64,000 bases of DNA from a virus (lineage: Duplodnaviria; Caudoviricetes), in IMG/VR virus record IMGVR_UViG_3300031994_000020. One strand, given 5' to 3'. The notes beneath the pieces were generated by a model, which did no database searches, had not been told where the DNA came from, and worked only from the letters and a program-made list of their open reading frames with translations. Made by a program: the position numbers and the translations under genes. This document shows positions 1 through 9,275 of this stretch, in pieces; position 1 is the first letter of the stretch, and every line of letters starts with the position of its first letter.

Positions 1-1
1 G

Positions 2-820
2 GGAGTTCTTGCTGCATTAGGGTTAGGGTCCGCCGCAACAAAAACTAATGGTCAAGATGCTATGATAACTCTTAATGGAGTTCAATTTAAATCAGACAAT
101 AATCACTTCGATATAAATGGTTATAGTATTGAGGCTAATTCAGTTGGTAGTACGACTATTAAGACTAAAACTGATGATAAGATTTTCGATACAATTAAAG
201 ATTTTATTGAAACATATAATACTTTAATTAAGAAAATTGATACAGCTTATAATGCAAGTAATAAGGGCTATAAACCATTAACTGATGAAGAAAAAGAAGT
301 TTTAAGTGAGAAACAAGTTGATGAATGGGAAAAAGTATTAAAAGATTCTGCTTTGTATAAAGATAGTTCTTTATATGAAATAAGTAACGTATTAAAGAAT
401 ACTATGAGTACCACATCTATTGATGGAATGAGATTATCTACAATAGGAATTAATCTTGGTAATTATTTTACCACAGATAAAAATGAGCGTGGAGTCTATA
501 CAATAGACGAAGATAAACTCAAAGAAGTTATTAATAAAGATCCGAATAAAGTAACTAATTTCATTACTAAACTATCAGCTAAATTATATGACAATATAGA
601 CAAGAAAATGAAGTCTACAAATTATAGCAGTGTTTATACTGTATATAATGATAAACAGATTAAAGCTGATATTGAAGATTATGATAAAAAGATTAAAGAA
701 TGGGAAAAGAAAATCGAGCAGATTGAGGATAAGTATTATAAGCAATTTGCTAAAATGGAAACACTTCTTTCTTCAAGTCAAAGTAAATCCAATTATTTCG
801 CAAGTTATTTCGGAATGTAA
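2..820 (+). CDS. fliD: Flagellar filament cap protein FliD, C-terminal part (5' truncated by window edge)
   Basis: Open from window start. GQDA-ITLNG, 'IKDFIETYN', 'YKPLTDEEKEVLSEKQVDEWE' and C-terminal coiled coil 'IEDKYYKQFAKMET' match clostridial FliD_C. Confidence 0.88.
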   Translation, partial: GVLAALGLGSAATKTNGQDAMITLNGVQFKSDNNHFDINGYSIEANSVGSTTIKTKTDDKIFDTIKDFIETYNTLIKKIDTAYNASNKGYKPLTDEEKEVLSEKQVDEWEKVLKDSALYKDSSLYEISNVLKNTMSTTSIDGMRLSTIGINLGNYFTTDKNERGVYTIDEDKLKEVINKDPNKVTNFITKLSAKLYDNIDKKMKSTNYSSVYTVYNDKQIKADIEDYDKKIKEWEKKIEQIEDKYYKQFAKMETLLSSSQSKSNYFASYFGM

Positions 821-826
821 AAAAAT

Positions 827-863
827 AAAGCGGGAGATGATTAATTTCATCTCCCGCTTTTCT
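827..863. terminator. Bidirectional intrinsic terminator between convergent genes
   Basis: AAAGCGGGAGATGA-ttaatt-TCATCTCCCGCTTT with A and T tracts on either side. Confidence 0.8.
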
Positions 864-866
864 ATG

Positions 867-2378
867 TTATGCAGTTATGGCTTCGTATCTCTTACTGAGA
901 AGTTTCTGAAGACAGAGTTCCCAGCCAGTCACACCAGTTATAACATTTTCAAAGATTACAGGTGAAGCACCACTTACGTAGGTTACACTTTCATCTTCAT
1001 CGAGGATTGTATTTTCTCTCGCCTGTACGTTCCAATAAATGAGCTTAGGCATCTTGTGACCGTGGCGTGCCCACTTCTCACGAACCTTAGCCATTTCTGT
1101 AGCTACAGGACGATTCTTATGTCTCCAACCATATGAGGTTCCCCAATCAGACATAGCATCAATTTCCATGTCAGAAATGACAACTATTTTCTCAGGTATA
1201 TCTTCTTCTTTTGTAGTAGGACGATCTGCTATTTCAAGAAGCATATCAAAAGTTCTTGTAAGGTCAGTATTCTCACAGAGGTTGGTTCTGTAGATACGTT
1301 CAACCTTATCAACGAAATCTGTTCCTCTTATCTCAATAAGCTGAGGTCTTGAGCTGAAGCTAATGTAGTGATTCTTAAAAGGACCTCCTGCTCTCTCAGC
1401 ACAGTACATACCAAGAGAGATAGCTATATTGATAGGAGCAGATGCTTCGTTACCGGTCATAGAACCTGAAGTATCTACAACGCAAAGCATATTGGACTGT
1501 TTTCCATTGAAATAATCCTTCTGATTATCCCAGTATTTCTCTATCATGGCTCTATCGGTTTCAGAAAGAGAAAAACTACTATTCCAATAGTCCATATGGC
1601 TTGTAGCCTTAGCCACGATCTCATAAGGATAGAGAGTAGCAGCATTTACAGTTGTACTTTCGCTCTTTGCAAACTCTTCATACTTCTTTGCTATGATGTC
1701 ACGTCTAGCAAATGCGTTCTTGTATATAAGTCCAGCCTTAGAGGGAATCTTATCAAATTCAATTTCATCCCATCTGTTTTCAGACATAAGTTTCTCTACT
1801 ATATTAATGCGGGCGCGCAGGTCTGAGAGAATTTTTCTATACTGTTTATGTGTAAGACCAAGGTAGTCCCGCACTTTATTACCCATAGCTATTGTTTCCT
1901 TAGAAGATGCGTTCTCTGAAGGAAGCCACTTTGCAAGTAAAGAAGGAGTCTTGCTTTCAAGATCAATAGCAAGCTGTTCCTTGATGAAATCAAGTGCATC
2001 CTTTTCAACCTTTGTGCCAAAGCAAGCATATACTACGTCATCCCAACGTCTATACTCAGGTATCTGCTTTATGAGTTTGCGGGCTACATTAGCGTACTTA
2101 TTAGCAAGCCAATTAAAGCATATTCTAAAATAGCGGCGTTCACCCTGACCACCACGACAGTCACCAAGATAAAAGAGGCACTTAAGAGCGAGATCTGCAT
2201 TTTCCTCATATGCTTCCTTGAAAAGCAGTATACAGTCCTCATTAGTTCTTGAACGATATGCTCCACCAAAAGCAAACATATCATAGACCTTCTTCATTGT
2301 TGAAGAAAGGGCTGTTCCTCCATTCTCAGTGAGCTTGTAATTTGCATCATTCTTCATTTCATTTAAAAAAGCGTTCAT
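867..2378 (-). CDS. DUF2828 / TROVE(Ro60)-like protein with C-terminal vWA domain
   Basis: N-terminal TENG motif, 'DCRGGQGER', 'RWDD', 'LLAKWLPSE', vWA MIDAS 'VDTSGSM', 'ISDMEID', 'IYWNV'. Confidence 0.85.
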   Translation of the reverse strand: MNAFLNEMKNDANYKLTENGGTALSSTMKKVYDMFAFGGAYRSRTNEDCILLFKEAYEENADLALKCLFYLGDCRGGQGERRYFRICFNWLANKYANVARKLIKQIPEYRRWDDVVYACFGTKVEKDALDFIKEQLAIDLESKTPSLLAKWLPSENASSKETIAMGNKVRDYLGLTHKQYRKILSDLRARINIVEKLMSENRWDEIEFDKIPSKAGLIYKNAFARRDIIAKKYEEFAKSESTTVNAATLYPYEIVAKATSHMDYWNSSFSLSETDRAMIEKYWDNQKDYFNGKQSNMLCVVDTSGSMTGNEASAPINIAISLGMYCAERAGGPFKNHYISFSSRPQLIEIRGTDFVDKVERIYRTNLCENTDLTRTFDMLLEIADRPTTKEEDIPEKIVVISDMEIDAMSDWGTSYGWRHKNRPVATEMAKVREKWARHGHKMPKLIYWNVQARENTILDEDESVTYVSGASPVIFENVITGVTGWELCLQKLLSKRYEAITA

Positions 2379-2418
2379 TCCTTTTTTCTCCTTTTTAATC
2401 TTTATGATTAAGGTTATT

Positions 2419-2628
2419 TTACATAGCCTTTAATTGTCTTAATTTTTTATAATAAACTGTTTCTAATTCAGACCTACTTATAATAATTTTCTGAAGAATA
2501 TTAAAACATTCTCTATCAAATGTGTTATATCCAAAAATTTTAAAATATTTATTTTCAACTCGTTTTAAAATATCAATACTTTTTAAAATTTGATTACATT
2601 CTTCATTTAATATTTTTCTTTTTCTCAT
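2419..2628 (-). CDS. hypothetical protein
   Basis: 69 aa ORF, coupled to the upstream gene (TAATG overlap). Confidence 0.55.
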   Translation of the reverse strand: MRKRKILNEECNQILKSIDILKRVENKYFKIFGYNTFDRECFNILQKIIISRSELETVYYKKLRQLKAM

Positions 2629-2891
2629 TATCTATTCCTAATTAATTCATCGTAGGTAATAGTTCCGCAAGTTGTGGTTTCGAGATCCGAAGCCCGCATT
2701 TCATAAACTCCATAGTTACTGCATGCATTTGTTATCTCTATTCCAGCAAAAGGATCTCCTTCTTGCATCTTCCGCGCCATACTATACTCTGCGAATTTCT
2801 GCATAAAGAAATTAATCTCTTCTTTTGAATTAAACAAGATTATTTTTCCTTTATGATGTAAAAATACATTATCAAGAATTACTGCTAACAT
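2628..2891 (-). CDS. hypothetical protein
   Basis: 87 aa ORF with AAGGAAG RBS. Confidence 0.65.
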   Translation of the reverse strand: MLAVILDNVFLHHKGKIILFNSKEEINFFMQKFAEYSMARKMQEGDPFAGIEITNACSNYGVYEMRASDLETTTCGTITYDELIRNR

Positions 2892-2908
2892 AGTTTCTTC
2901 CTTTCATA

Positions 2909-2981
2909 AGGGGTAAATAGGATTCGAACCCATGATCCTGGAACTGCAGTCCAGAGCCTTACCAGACTTGGCTACTACCCC
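2909..2981 (-). tRNA. tRNA-Cys(GCA)
   Basis: Cloverleaf GGGGTAG/TTACCCC, anticodon arm CTGGA-CTGCAGT-TCCAG, T-loop TTCGAAT, U73. Confidence 0.92.
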
Positions 2982-3100
2982 AAAAATAATGCCCCCGCAA
3001 AAGCGTTATTATAGCAATGTGCGAGGGCGTTTGTTAAGTAAACTATAAATTTAAGCCGGTATATTTGCTTTCCGTTACTTCTCTTTTTCTTATTAGTCTA

Positions 3101-3191
3101 AGGGCAAGAAAAAGATTTTCATAATTTATAGTTTTCTTTACAAAGTTATAATTTTCTTCTTTATAAGACTTGAAAATTTGCTGTTTGCCCT
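3101..3191 (-). ncRNA. ACAGCAA-stem small RNA (Y-RNA-like family, copy A)
   Basis: AGGGCAA-ACAGCAAA...TTGCCCT terminal stem. Confidence 0.55.
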
Positions 3192-3193
3192 AA

Positions 3194-3265
3194 AGCCCGT
3201 AACGGGAATTGAACCCGTATCCTCTGCTTGGAAGGCAGATATACTAGCCATTGTACTACACGGAC
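3194..3265 (-). tRNA. tRNA-Gly(TCC)
   Basis: TCTGC-CTTCCAA-GCAGA anticodon arm, full cloverleaf, U73. Confidence 0.92.
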
Positions 3266-3270
3266 ATTGA

Positions 3271-3478
3271 TGCCCTGTGGGAACCACCCTACGGCTCGGG
3301 GATCATTAGCCGGTATTTTTTATCTAGTCTTTGCATGACAAGTTGGCTGTTACTGTCGTGTTCAGCAGACGCTAATTCACTTTTGGAATTAGTAATGTCA
3401 CTCATATGACGGTGAGACCGAACAAAAGTTTCTGGTTAATGAGGCTTTGTCAGACCCAATATGCCAGCAACACAGGCA
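3271..3478 (-). ncRNA. Unidentified ~210 nt structured RNA between tRNAs
   Basis: GC-richer than flanks, closed by TGCCTGTG...CACAGGGCA, internal hairpins, no ORF. Confidence 0.45.
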
Positions 3479-4207
3479 AGCCGCCGGAGGGACTTGAACC
3501 CCCAACCCGCTGATTTGATTCTCAACTTAAACAAATCTCCTTTCCCAAATAAATCCATAAGCAGTATGTCTTTCATTTTTTAATACTTGACATATATGAC
3601 TATTATCACCGTTTACGGCTTTTGCTGCTTCAGTGGCAGTATCATATTCTGCTATAAAATTATGATCTTTATCAAATTGATAAATTTTCATTTTTACTTT
3701 AGGCTCAGGTTGATTATTAATTAATCTACTTAAAGTTTTTTCAGCTGTATAATTTTCAATAAAATATACATCAGCTTGATTTATTTTTTGTTCTTTGAAA
3801 GATAATGTTCTATTTGCGCCTTGACAATCTTCAATTTTTATAAGATAACATTGCCCATTCCAAAAAGTAGCAAAATAATCAACTTCATCAATATACTTCT
3901 TAGATTGCAATGCATGAGTTGTGTTACTTCCTTGAGTTGATCTAGTTGCAAATTCTATTCCTGTTTTAGATTGATTTTCATGGCAAGTTTTTATTTGAAT
4001 TCTAATTAATTTACCATTTATATCAGCTATCATATCATAACGACAATCTTCTCCCAAAGGAATAGATACATTATATCCAAGTTGAGTTAAATAAGTTTGA
4101 CATTGTAATTCTGTTACCAAACCTTTTTGTTTTGTTTCGTTCATTTAACATTTTATTGTTATCCATTGAGAAACAAATCAGCCGCTCTACCATTGAGCCA
4201 CGACGGC
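3479..4207 (-). tRNA. tRNA-Thr(TGT) split by a 657-nt insertion (5' part 4173-4207, 3' part 3479-3515)
   Basis: GCCGTCG..GCTGA-TT-TGT | insertion | AA-TCAGC..TTCAAGT..CGGCGGC rejoins into a normal cloverleaf. Confidence 0.85.
3527..4144 (-). CDS. PD-(D/E)XK homing-type endonuclease with C-terminal NUMOD1-like DNA-binding domain, inside tRNA-Thr
   Basis: 'KGLVTE..RYDMI..IRIQIKT..VDYFA' (PDDEXK_5-like), 'IYQFDKD..EYDTATEAA..TAYGFIW' (NUMOD1-like). Confidence 0.85.
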   Translation of the reverse strand: MNETKQKGLVTELQCQTYLTQLGYNVSIPLGEDCRYDMIADINGKLIRIQIKTCHENQSKTGIEFATRSTQGSNTTHALQSKKYIDEVDYFATFWNGQCYLIKIEDCQGANRTLSFKEQKINQADVYFIENYTAEKTLSRLINNQPEPKVKMKIYQFDKDHNFIAEYDTATEAAKAVNGDNSHICQVLKNERHTAYGFIWERRFV

Positions 4208-4217
4208 ATTTGGCGCC

Positions 4218-4526
4218 TTATGACGCCTGTTCAGTTACTTCAGTCTTTGCTTCCTGCTTCTTTGCAGCAGCTTCTCTATCTTTCTTTATTTTGATAGCCT
4301 GCTTAATAGATGTCTTACTTTTCAAGAGTTTATTGTCAAAAGCCCATAACAAATTCTCTTCTTTAGCAATTTTATCCTCATAAGCTTTATCACTTTCCGC
4401 TTTGAGACTATCAATAGATAAACTTTTTGTATTACGAATTGTGTTTTCAAAATGCTTTGTTACTTTTGTTGGTGTTGAAGGAGTTGTGTCCTTATTTGTG
4501 AAAATTGTTTTCCACCCTTTAGCCAT
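4218..4526 (-). CDS. hypothetical protein
   Basis: 102 aa, own sigma-A promoter and RBS. Confidence 0.7.
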   Translation of the reverse strand: MAKGWKTIFTNKDTTPSTPTKVTKHFENTIRNTKSLSIDSLKAESDKAYEDKIAKEENLLWAFDNKLLKSKTSIKQAIKIKKDREAAAKKQEAKTEVTEQAS

Positions 4527-4586
4527 ATATATTTCCTTTCTTTATCTTATATAAATATTATATCATATTTTTTTTAAAATGTCAAA

Positions 4587-4931
4587 TGGACTTGACGGGA
4601 GTCGAACCCGTGTCCGCGATTCCTATTCCAAATCAATTTTTTACGCAATAGTGTTTTAAAGTGTTCACTCACTGAGCCGACAGGTTATACCTGTTTAGTC
4701 CCACCACTTGTTTTTTCTAAAACAAGAAACTATATAGCCTTTCTTATAAGAGTGAGCATTGACTGGCAAAAGTATTACTCACAATTCCTAAACTCAAGCT
4801 GCAAGAGCAACTTTAGTAGGGAAAGAAACAATTTTCTTTGCGTTTATTTTAAATTAGTGATTGCATAACGCGCATATCATTTCGTGCGAATTGATTTTTT
4901 TATTGAACCTCGTCGAATACCTTACAAGCCC
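4587..4931 (-). ncRNA. ssrA: tmRNA, tag peptide (A)AKKIVSFPTKVALAA ending in TGA
   Basis: 5' GGGCTTGTAAGGTATTCGAC, resume context ATAAAC-GCA, tag ending ALAA, 3' GGACACGGGTTCGACTCCCGTCAAGTCCA. Confidence 0.92.
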
Positions 4932-5158
4932 TCAGATTCTTTAACAACTAATTGCTTATATATATCATGCAATATTGTTAATCTTTCATCAAATTTAGAT
5001 GTTAAAGTATTAAAATTGTTTCCTATAAGAGGCTCCCATTTAATATCAACATGACATCCAAGAAGTACTGCGGTTCTTATATCATTATATGATATAATCG
5101 CATTATTCAAAGCGTCAATTAATGTTTTTAAATTTTCAACTTCTAATTCTATTTTCAT
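4922..5158 (-). CDS. hypothetical protein
   Basis: 78 aa ORF, stop overlaps the tmRNA 5' end. Confidence 0.55.
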   Translation of the reverse strand: MKIELEVENLKTLIDALNNAIISYNDIRTAVLLGCHVDIKWEPLIGNNFNTLTSKFDERLTILHDIYKQLVVKESEGL

Positions 5159-5316
5159 AGAAACTTATTTTAAAAATTACTTGCTAAGATTACGAATTTC
5201 TCTGCGTAGTTTCTGAACCACACCACCGCTCTTAATATTCTTAGGATTTTCCATGAGTTTATTAAGTCTGTCCTTCTTTAATGCAAGTTTCTCTTCTTTA
5301 GTCATATATATCTCCT

Positions 5317-5616
5317 TTATTTTCTTTTAAAATCTTTTTCCCATTCATTTATCTATTCTTCAAAAGCATAATAATCACTAGGAGAATACCATCTTCTGCG
5401 TTTATTATAATTCTCTATCCATTCTTCTTTAGTGCATCTATTTATCCAATCATGTATATCATAAGAACAGAATATTTTTTTATATGCTTTACCTTTTTTG
5501 GGTAATTCTTCAAAATTAGTATTACGAACTTTTTTATTCGCAAACTTTTTCATTTCTTTTGTTGTCCCAGGGCTTCCATCTGTAATTACGGGATTATGCT
5601 TATAACTTCTGCTCAT
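5317..5616 (-). CDS. hypothetical protein (TAG at 5353-5355 read through)
   Basis: AFEE*INEWEKDFKRK-TAA; the extended stop abuts the next RBS. Confidence 0.65.
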
Positions 5617-5635
5617 ACTTTTATCCTCCTCTTAG

Positions 5636-5707
5636 CACAGGTACCGGGAATCGAACCCAGATCTAAGCATTAGAAGTGCCTTGTTCTCTCCATTAAACTA
5701 CACCTGC
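5636..5707 (-). tRNA. tRNA-Arg(TCT)
   Basis: AGGCA-CTTCTAA-TGCTT anticodon arm, cloverleaf. Confidence 0.88.
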
Positions 5708-5710
5708 ATA

Positions 5711-5782
5711 CACTCCCAGCGGGATTCGAACCCACAATGTCTGGTTCGTAGCCAGATAGTTTCTCCATTAGCTTACAGGAGC
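5711..5782 (-). tRNA. tRNA-Arg(ACG)
   Basis: TCTGG-CTACGAA-CCAGA anticodon arm, weak D stem. Confidence 0.85.
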
Positions 5783-5928
5783 AAATGACAGCTTATCGAG
5801 AACTGTCGACGCTGTAGTGTGGCTATATGCCCAAAGGATCCGGACCCACTCTTTAAATGATGGCGCCTCTCGACCAGAGCTACATCCTACAGAATTTTTC
5901 TCTATGCAGAAATTTCTAACTCCTGCAA

Positions 5929-6047
5929 ATATGCGGGTGGGAATCGAACCCACATGTATTCAGAGAACCAATGGCTTCACGGAATCGAACCGTGTCTGAA
6001 TTCCTTTCATGCCCTTGATAGCGTCTACCCATTTCCGCCACCGCATA
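5929..6047 (-). ncRNA. tRNA-like RNA with two T-arms and no recognisable anticodon arm
   Basis: TATGCGG/CCGCATA acceptor, Leu-type D arm, CACGG-TTCGATT-CCGTG and GTGGG-TTCGATT-CCCAC. Confidence 0.6.
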
Positions 6048-6049
6048 AA

Positions 6050-6121
6050 CTGAGGTGGCAGGATTCGAACCTGCGAATGACGGGATCAAAACCCGTTGCC
6101 TTACCACTTGGCGACACCCCA
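6050..6121 (-). tRNA. tRNA-Gln(TTG)
   Basis: U1-A72, ACGGG-TTTTGAT-CCCGT, G73. Confidence 0.93.
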
Positions 6122-6473
6122 ATATATCTCAGACTTATTGCTGCACCCAAGGTAGATATTAGGATAAGTCTGAAATATTAACAATTAATAATAATTAATA
6201 ATTAATAATTAATACACAGCTTTTTCTAAATAATATTAAATCTACTATAAATACCAAATCTACCGTTAGTATCATAGCTCATTTAATAGATAATGAAAGA
6301 AAAAGTTTTTAGGCGGGTTATAATTTAATTCTGCTAAACCAGAATAAACTTTTTCTTTTCTATTAAACGAGATTATATTCCCGCACGTTTACAATAGTTG
6401 CCATGAGATTGTATTAAGTTTAGTAATATCAATCTTTTACCTTATCCTTATTTTAAGGAAATACTATGGTAAA

Positions 6474-6547
6474 TTGGAGTGGCGGGATTTGAACCCACGA
6501 TCTCTTGAACCCAAATCAAGCGCCTTACCGAACTAGGCTACACCCCA
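6474..6547 (-). tRNA. tRNA-Pro(TGG)
   Basis: CTTGA-TTTGGGT-TCAAG, cloverleaf. Confidence 0.92.
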
Positions 6548-6553
6548 AAATAC

Positions 6554-6626
6554 AAGACACGCTACTATCTTTATCATTCTATAATATTGGCTGAATGTGA
6601 ATTAAAATTTTTGCTGTTTGTGTCTT
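6554..6626 (-). ncRNA. ACAGCAA-stem small RNA (copy B)
   Basis: AAGACAC-AAACAGCAAA...GTGTCTT, directly downstream of a sigma-A promoter. Confidence 0.6.
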
Positions 6627-6676
6627 TTTTAACTTTCTATAAATATTATACCATATTTTTTTATAAAAGTCAAATA

Positions 6677-6988
6677 TTAAAAATAATCACTGATTTTTTC
6701 ATTACAATATTTTTCTATAAAACCTTGTGGATCTTTATAAATTTCATCATTAAGTTCGTTCAATGATTTAAAAGTTTCTTCTGTAAAAGGATAAACTTCA
6801 TATGCAACGTGTTCTTCGCAATTGTAATCTTCATCTTCATCCTCAAGAGCATAACTTTGCATAACATCATAACTCATTTGCTCTGCTATTATATTAGCAT
6901 CTTCTTCTGTTCCTTCTACAACAGCAAAAGAATTTATCCCATGAAGTCCTCCAAAAGTATCTTCATAAGCACAAATTGCATATAACAT
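6677..6988 (-). CDS. hypothetical acidic protein
   Basis: 103 aa, promoter and RBS upstream. Confidence 0.7.
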   Translation of the reverse strand: MLYAICAYEDTFGGLHGINSFAVVEGTEEDANIIAEQMSYDVMQSYALEDEDEDYNCEEHVAYEVYPFTEETFKSLNELNDEIYKDPQGFIEKYCNEKISDYF

Positions 6989-7101
6989 ATTTATTATTTT
7001 CTCCTTTCTTAACTTTATATAAATATTATATCATAAATTTTTTAAAAAGTCAAGGGGCGGGAACGGACCCAATCCTAAAGATCTCAGAACCGGGTTCCCG
7101 C

Positions 7102-7515
7102 TTAATCAGGTTCACCGCTAGCATAGTCAACTTTCTAAATAAAACCTTTACTCAATCTCTCTGGATCTTTTACTTCAGATTTCTCATCATTAAAAGGTGC
7201 TTGAAAAGCAGTTACATTTATTTTTATATTTTTTTCTTCTGCATCATCATTAATATCTTTAAATACTTCTGGTTGAAATTCAAACATGCCTGTAGACCCT
7301 ATTTTAAATTCTAAATAATTTTTACTATTATTAAATTCTAAAAAAATAGGGTAATTTATTGCTCTATTTTCGCAGCAATAACCAAATTTATACACAGGGG
7401 TAGAAGGAAAAGTATATTGTTTATATGTAACAGCATGTTCTATTCCGTCAATAATAATATGTTCTTTTGTAATTTCCGTTCCTGAATCATAATTAGTTAT
7501 TTGAGATATATCCAT
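7102..7515 (-). CDS. hypothetical protein (TAG at 7135-7137 read through)
   Basis: KGFI*KVDYASGEPD-TAA, followed immediately by a GCGGGAAC/GTTCCCGC hairpin. Confidence 0.65.
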
Positions 7516-7570
7516 TCATTATACCTCCTTTTATAGAATAAAAGAAAGGGAGATAAAATTTATCTCCCTA

Positions 7571-7795
7571 TCAGTTCTTACTTGTGTCTATTGTTATATT
7601 AAGAGTTGTGTTATTAACAATTTCAATTTTGGTTACTTCATCATCCTCAAGAAAGTCATCTAAACACTCATATCCTTTAAGAATAAAAGTGATAAGAAGT
7701 AAATCCTGTTCATCAAAAAGATTTACTTTTATATCTTTATCAGACTCTATAACGCTTAATAAACCTTTTAAAGTTATAAGTACATCATTTTCCAT
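7571..7795 (-). CDS. hypothetical protein
   Basis: 74 aa, RBS, terminator downstream. Confidence 0.7.
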   Translation of the reverse strand: MENDVLITLKGLLSVIESDKDIKVNLFDEQDLLLITFILKGYECLDDFLEDDEVTKIEIVNNTTLNITIDTSKN

Positions 7796-7801
7796 AATTT
7801 A

Positions 7802-8053
7802 TTAACCTCCTTGTGATGTTTTATTAATACCAAAAAGAGTTAATGTGTCATTCTCATAAGTATAAGGTATCGCTTTAATAGCTATTTTTTCATTTCCATT
7901 TATTTCTAATGTATCATCATCAACTAAATCAAAATCAGATGTACTTTTATTTCCACCCAAAGATACATTATTTATTGAAGGTTTATCTTTTAATGCGTTA
8001 TAGCTATCATAGGTTCCTGAATAAGGAATACCATTTTTATAAATTGCTCCCAT
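7802..8053 (-). CDS. small virion-associated/fiber-like protein
   Basis: 'YNALKDKPSINNVSLGGNK' motif common in Firmicutes phage fiber proteins. Confidence 0.55.
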   Translation of the reverse strand: MGAIYKNGIPYSGTYDSYNALKDKPSINNVSLGGNKSTSDFDLVDDDTLEINGNEKIAIKAIPYTYENDTLTLFGINKTSQGG

Positions 8054-8077
8054 ATGGACCCCTCCGTTTACTTTTTA

Positions 8078-9247
8078 TTATTCCTCTATTAAAGAAAAAT
8101 CTAAATTATTATATACACACACGCCGCAATCAATGTTATTCTGCATTAATTTTCTTGTTTCTGGATTTTCTTTCATTTTAGTCCAAATTTCATATATTTT
8201 ATTTTCATCATATTCTTCTGTATGAAGTTTGTCAAAAAATTCTTTTATTCCCATGCAAGGTATAATACCTATCATACTACCATCCTGATATTTTGCCATA
8301 GAAGCCATAGAAAACATTTCAGCAAGAGCTTCTTCTGAAATACCTTCTTCTATTTTTTTATAGCAAGTATGATAAAATTTCTTTACATATTCCCAGTTCT
8401 GCTCTGCAAATACAGGTTTCTTTGCATAGGTTTCAATCCAATAGTAATAAAGTTGGAGCATTACACTTGCTATTGTTTGCATAACATTCCCATCAAAAGG
8501 ACGTTTCTTTCTTACATTTTCAATAGCATAAATCATATTATCTGTCCAACCGCAGAAGCACTGATCAAGTGCATATTGTCCATCATTAATGCGGGTGATA
8601 GAATTGTTTTTGTTGTGCCATAAATATACTATATCTTGTAAAAATCTTATTTGTTCATTTGCATTAGAACATAATAATTGAACCCATTTATTATATCCAG
8701 TATCTTCATTAGCACGAGTTTCATTAAATTTAATTCCATAATCCTCAATAAATTTTCTACGATATAATTTACCAAACATCCAAACCATATCATTTAAATG
8801 CGGAAGCATCTGCTTAGTTTCTTCTCCAAGCTGCATAAAACCCGCGGAAACGCATTTAATTGAATCTGCGGGGAATTGAGGATTTTCTTGTTTCATGCCC
8901 TCCCGCATTATCTCTAATGACAATGCGGAAGAGAATGTATCATCTGCATCTATACAAGTAAAAAATTGATTTTTTCCTTCTTCAATACCCACCTGCCGCG
9001 CAACACCGGGTCCCGCATTTACTTCAAGTCTTTTAACAACTATATCAAGACCCAGATTTCTAAATTGGCAAGCTATTTTATCATATTCCTCTCTATTGTT
9101 AGGGGTAGCATCATCTACTATAATAACATGTAAATCATCTTTAATAGTTTGCATAAGTATTGATGCTAATGTTCTTCTTAATGTTCCCTGAGCTTTATAA
9201 GCTGGGATTATAATATCAATTTTATTATTTGTATTTTCTTTAGCCAT
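8078..9247 (-). CDS. Glycosyltransferase family 2
   Basis: 'IDIIIPAY','IIVDD','GPGVARQVG','IDADD','NEDTGY'. Confidence 0.9.
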   Translation of the reverse strand: MAKENTNNKIDIIIPAYKAQGTLRRTLASILMQTIKDDLHVIIVDDATPNNREEYDKIACQFRNLGLDIVVKRLEVNAGPGVARQVGIEEGKNQFFTCIDADDTFSSALSLEIMREGMKQENPQFPADSIKCVSAGFMQLGEETKQMLPHLNDMVWMFGKLYRRKFIEDYGIKFNETRANEDTGYNKWVQLLCSNANEQIRFLQDIVYLWHNKNNSITRINDGQYALDQCFCGWTDNMIYAIENVRKKRPFDGNVMQTIASVMLQLYYYWIETYAKKPVFAEQNWEYVKKFYHTCYKKIEEGISEEALAEMFSMASMAKYQDGSMIGIIPCMGIKEFFDKLHTEEYDENKIYEIWTKMKENPETRKLMQNNIDCGVCVYNNLDFSLIEE

Positions 9248-9275
9248 AAGTTATTCTCCTTTTATCTCCTTTTGT

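Noticed and set aside
3516-4172. Group I intron
   Set aside because: Non-coding flanks total only ~40 nt and the insertion does not end in G; no P/Q/R/S core seen
5636-5707. Second amber suppressor (contains CTTCTAA)
   Set aside because: Stem register puts TCT, not CTA, at positions 34-36, so it is tRNA-Arg
6183-6214. (AATTAAT)n tract
   Set aside because: Low-complexity AT microsatellite with no supportable function
6295-6362. preQ1 riboswitch-like hairpin
   Set aside because: Only vague similarity and no downstream CDS
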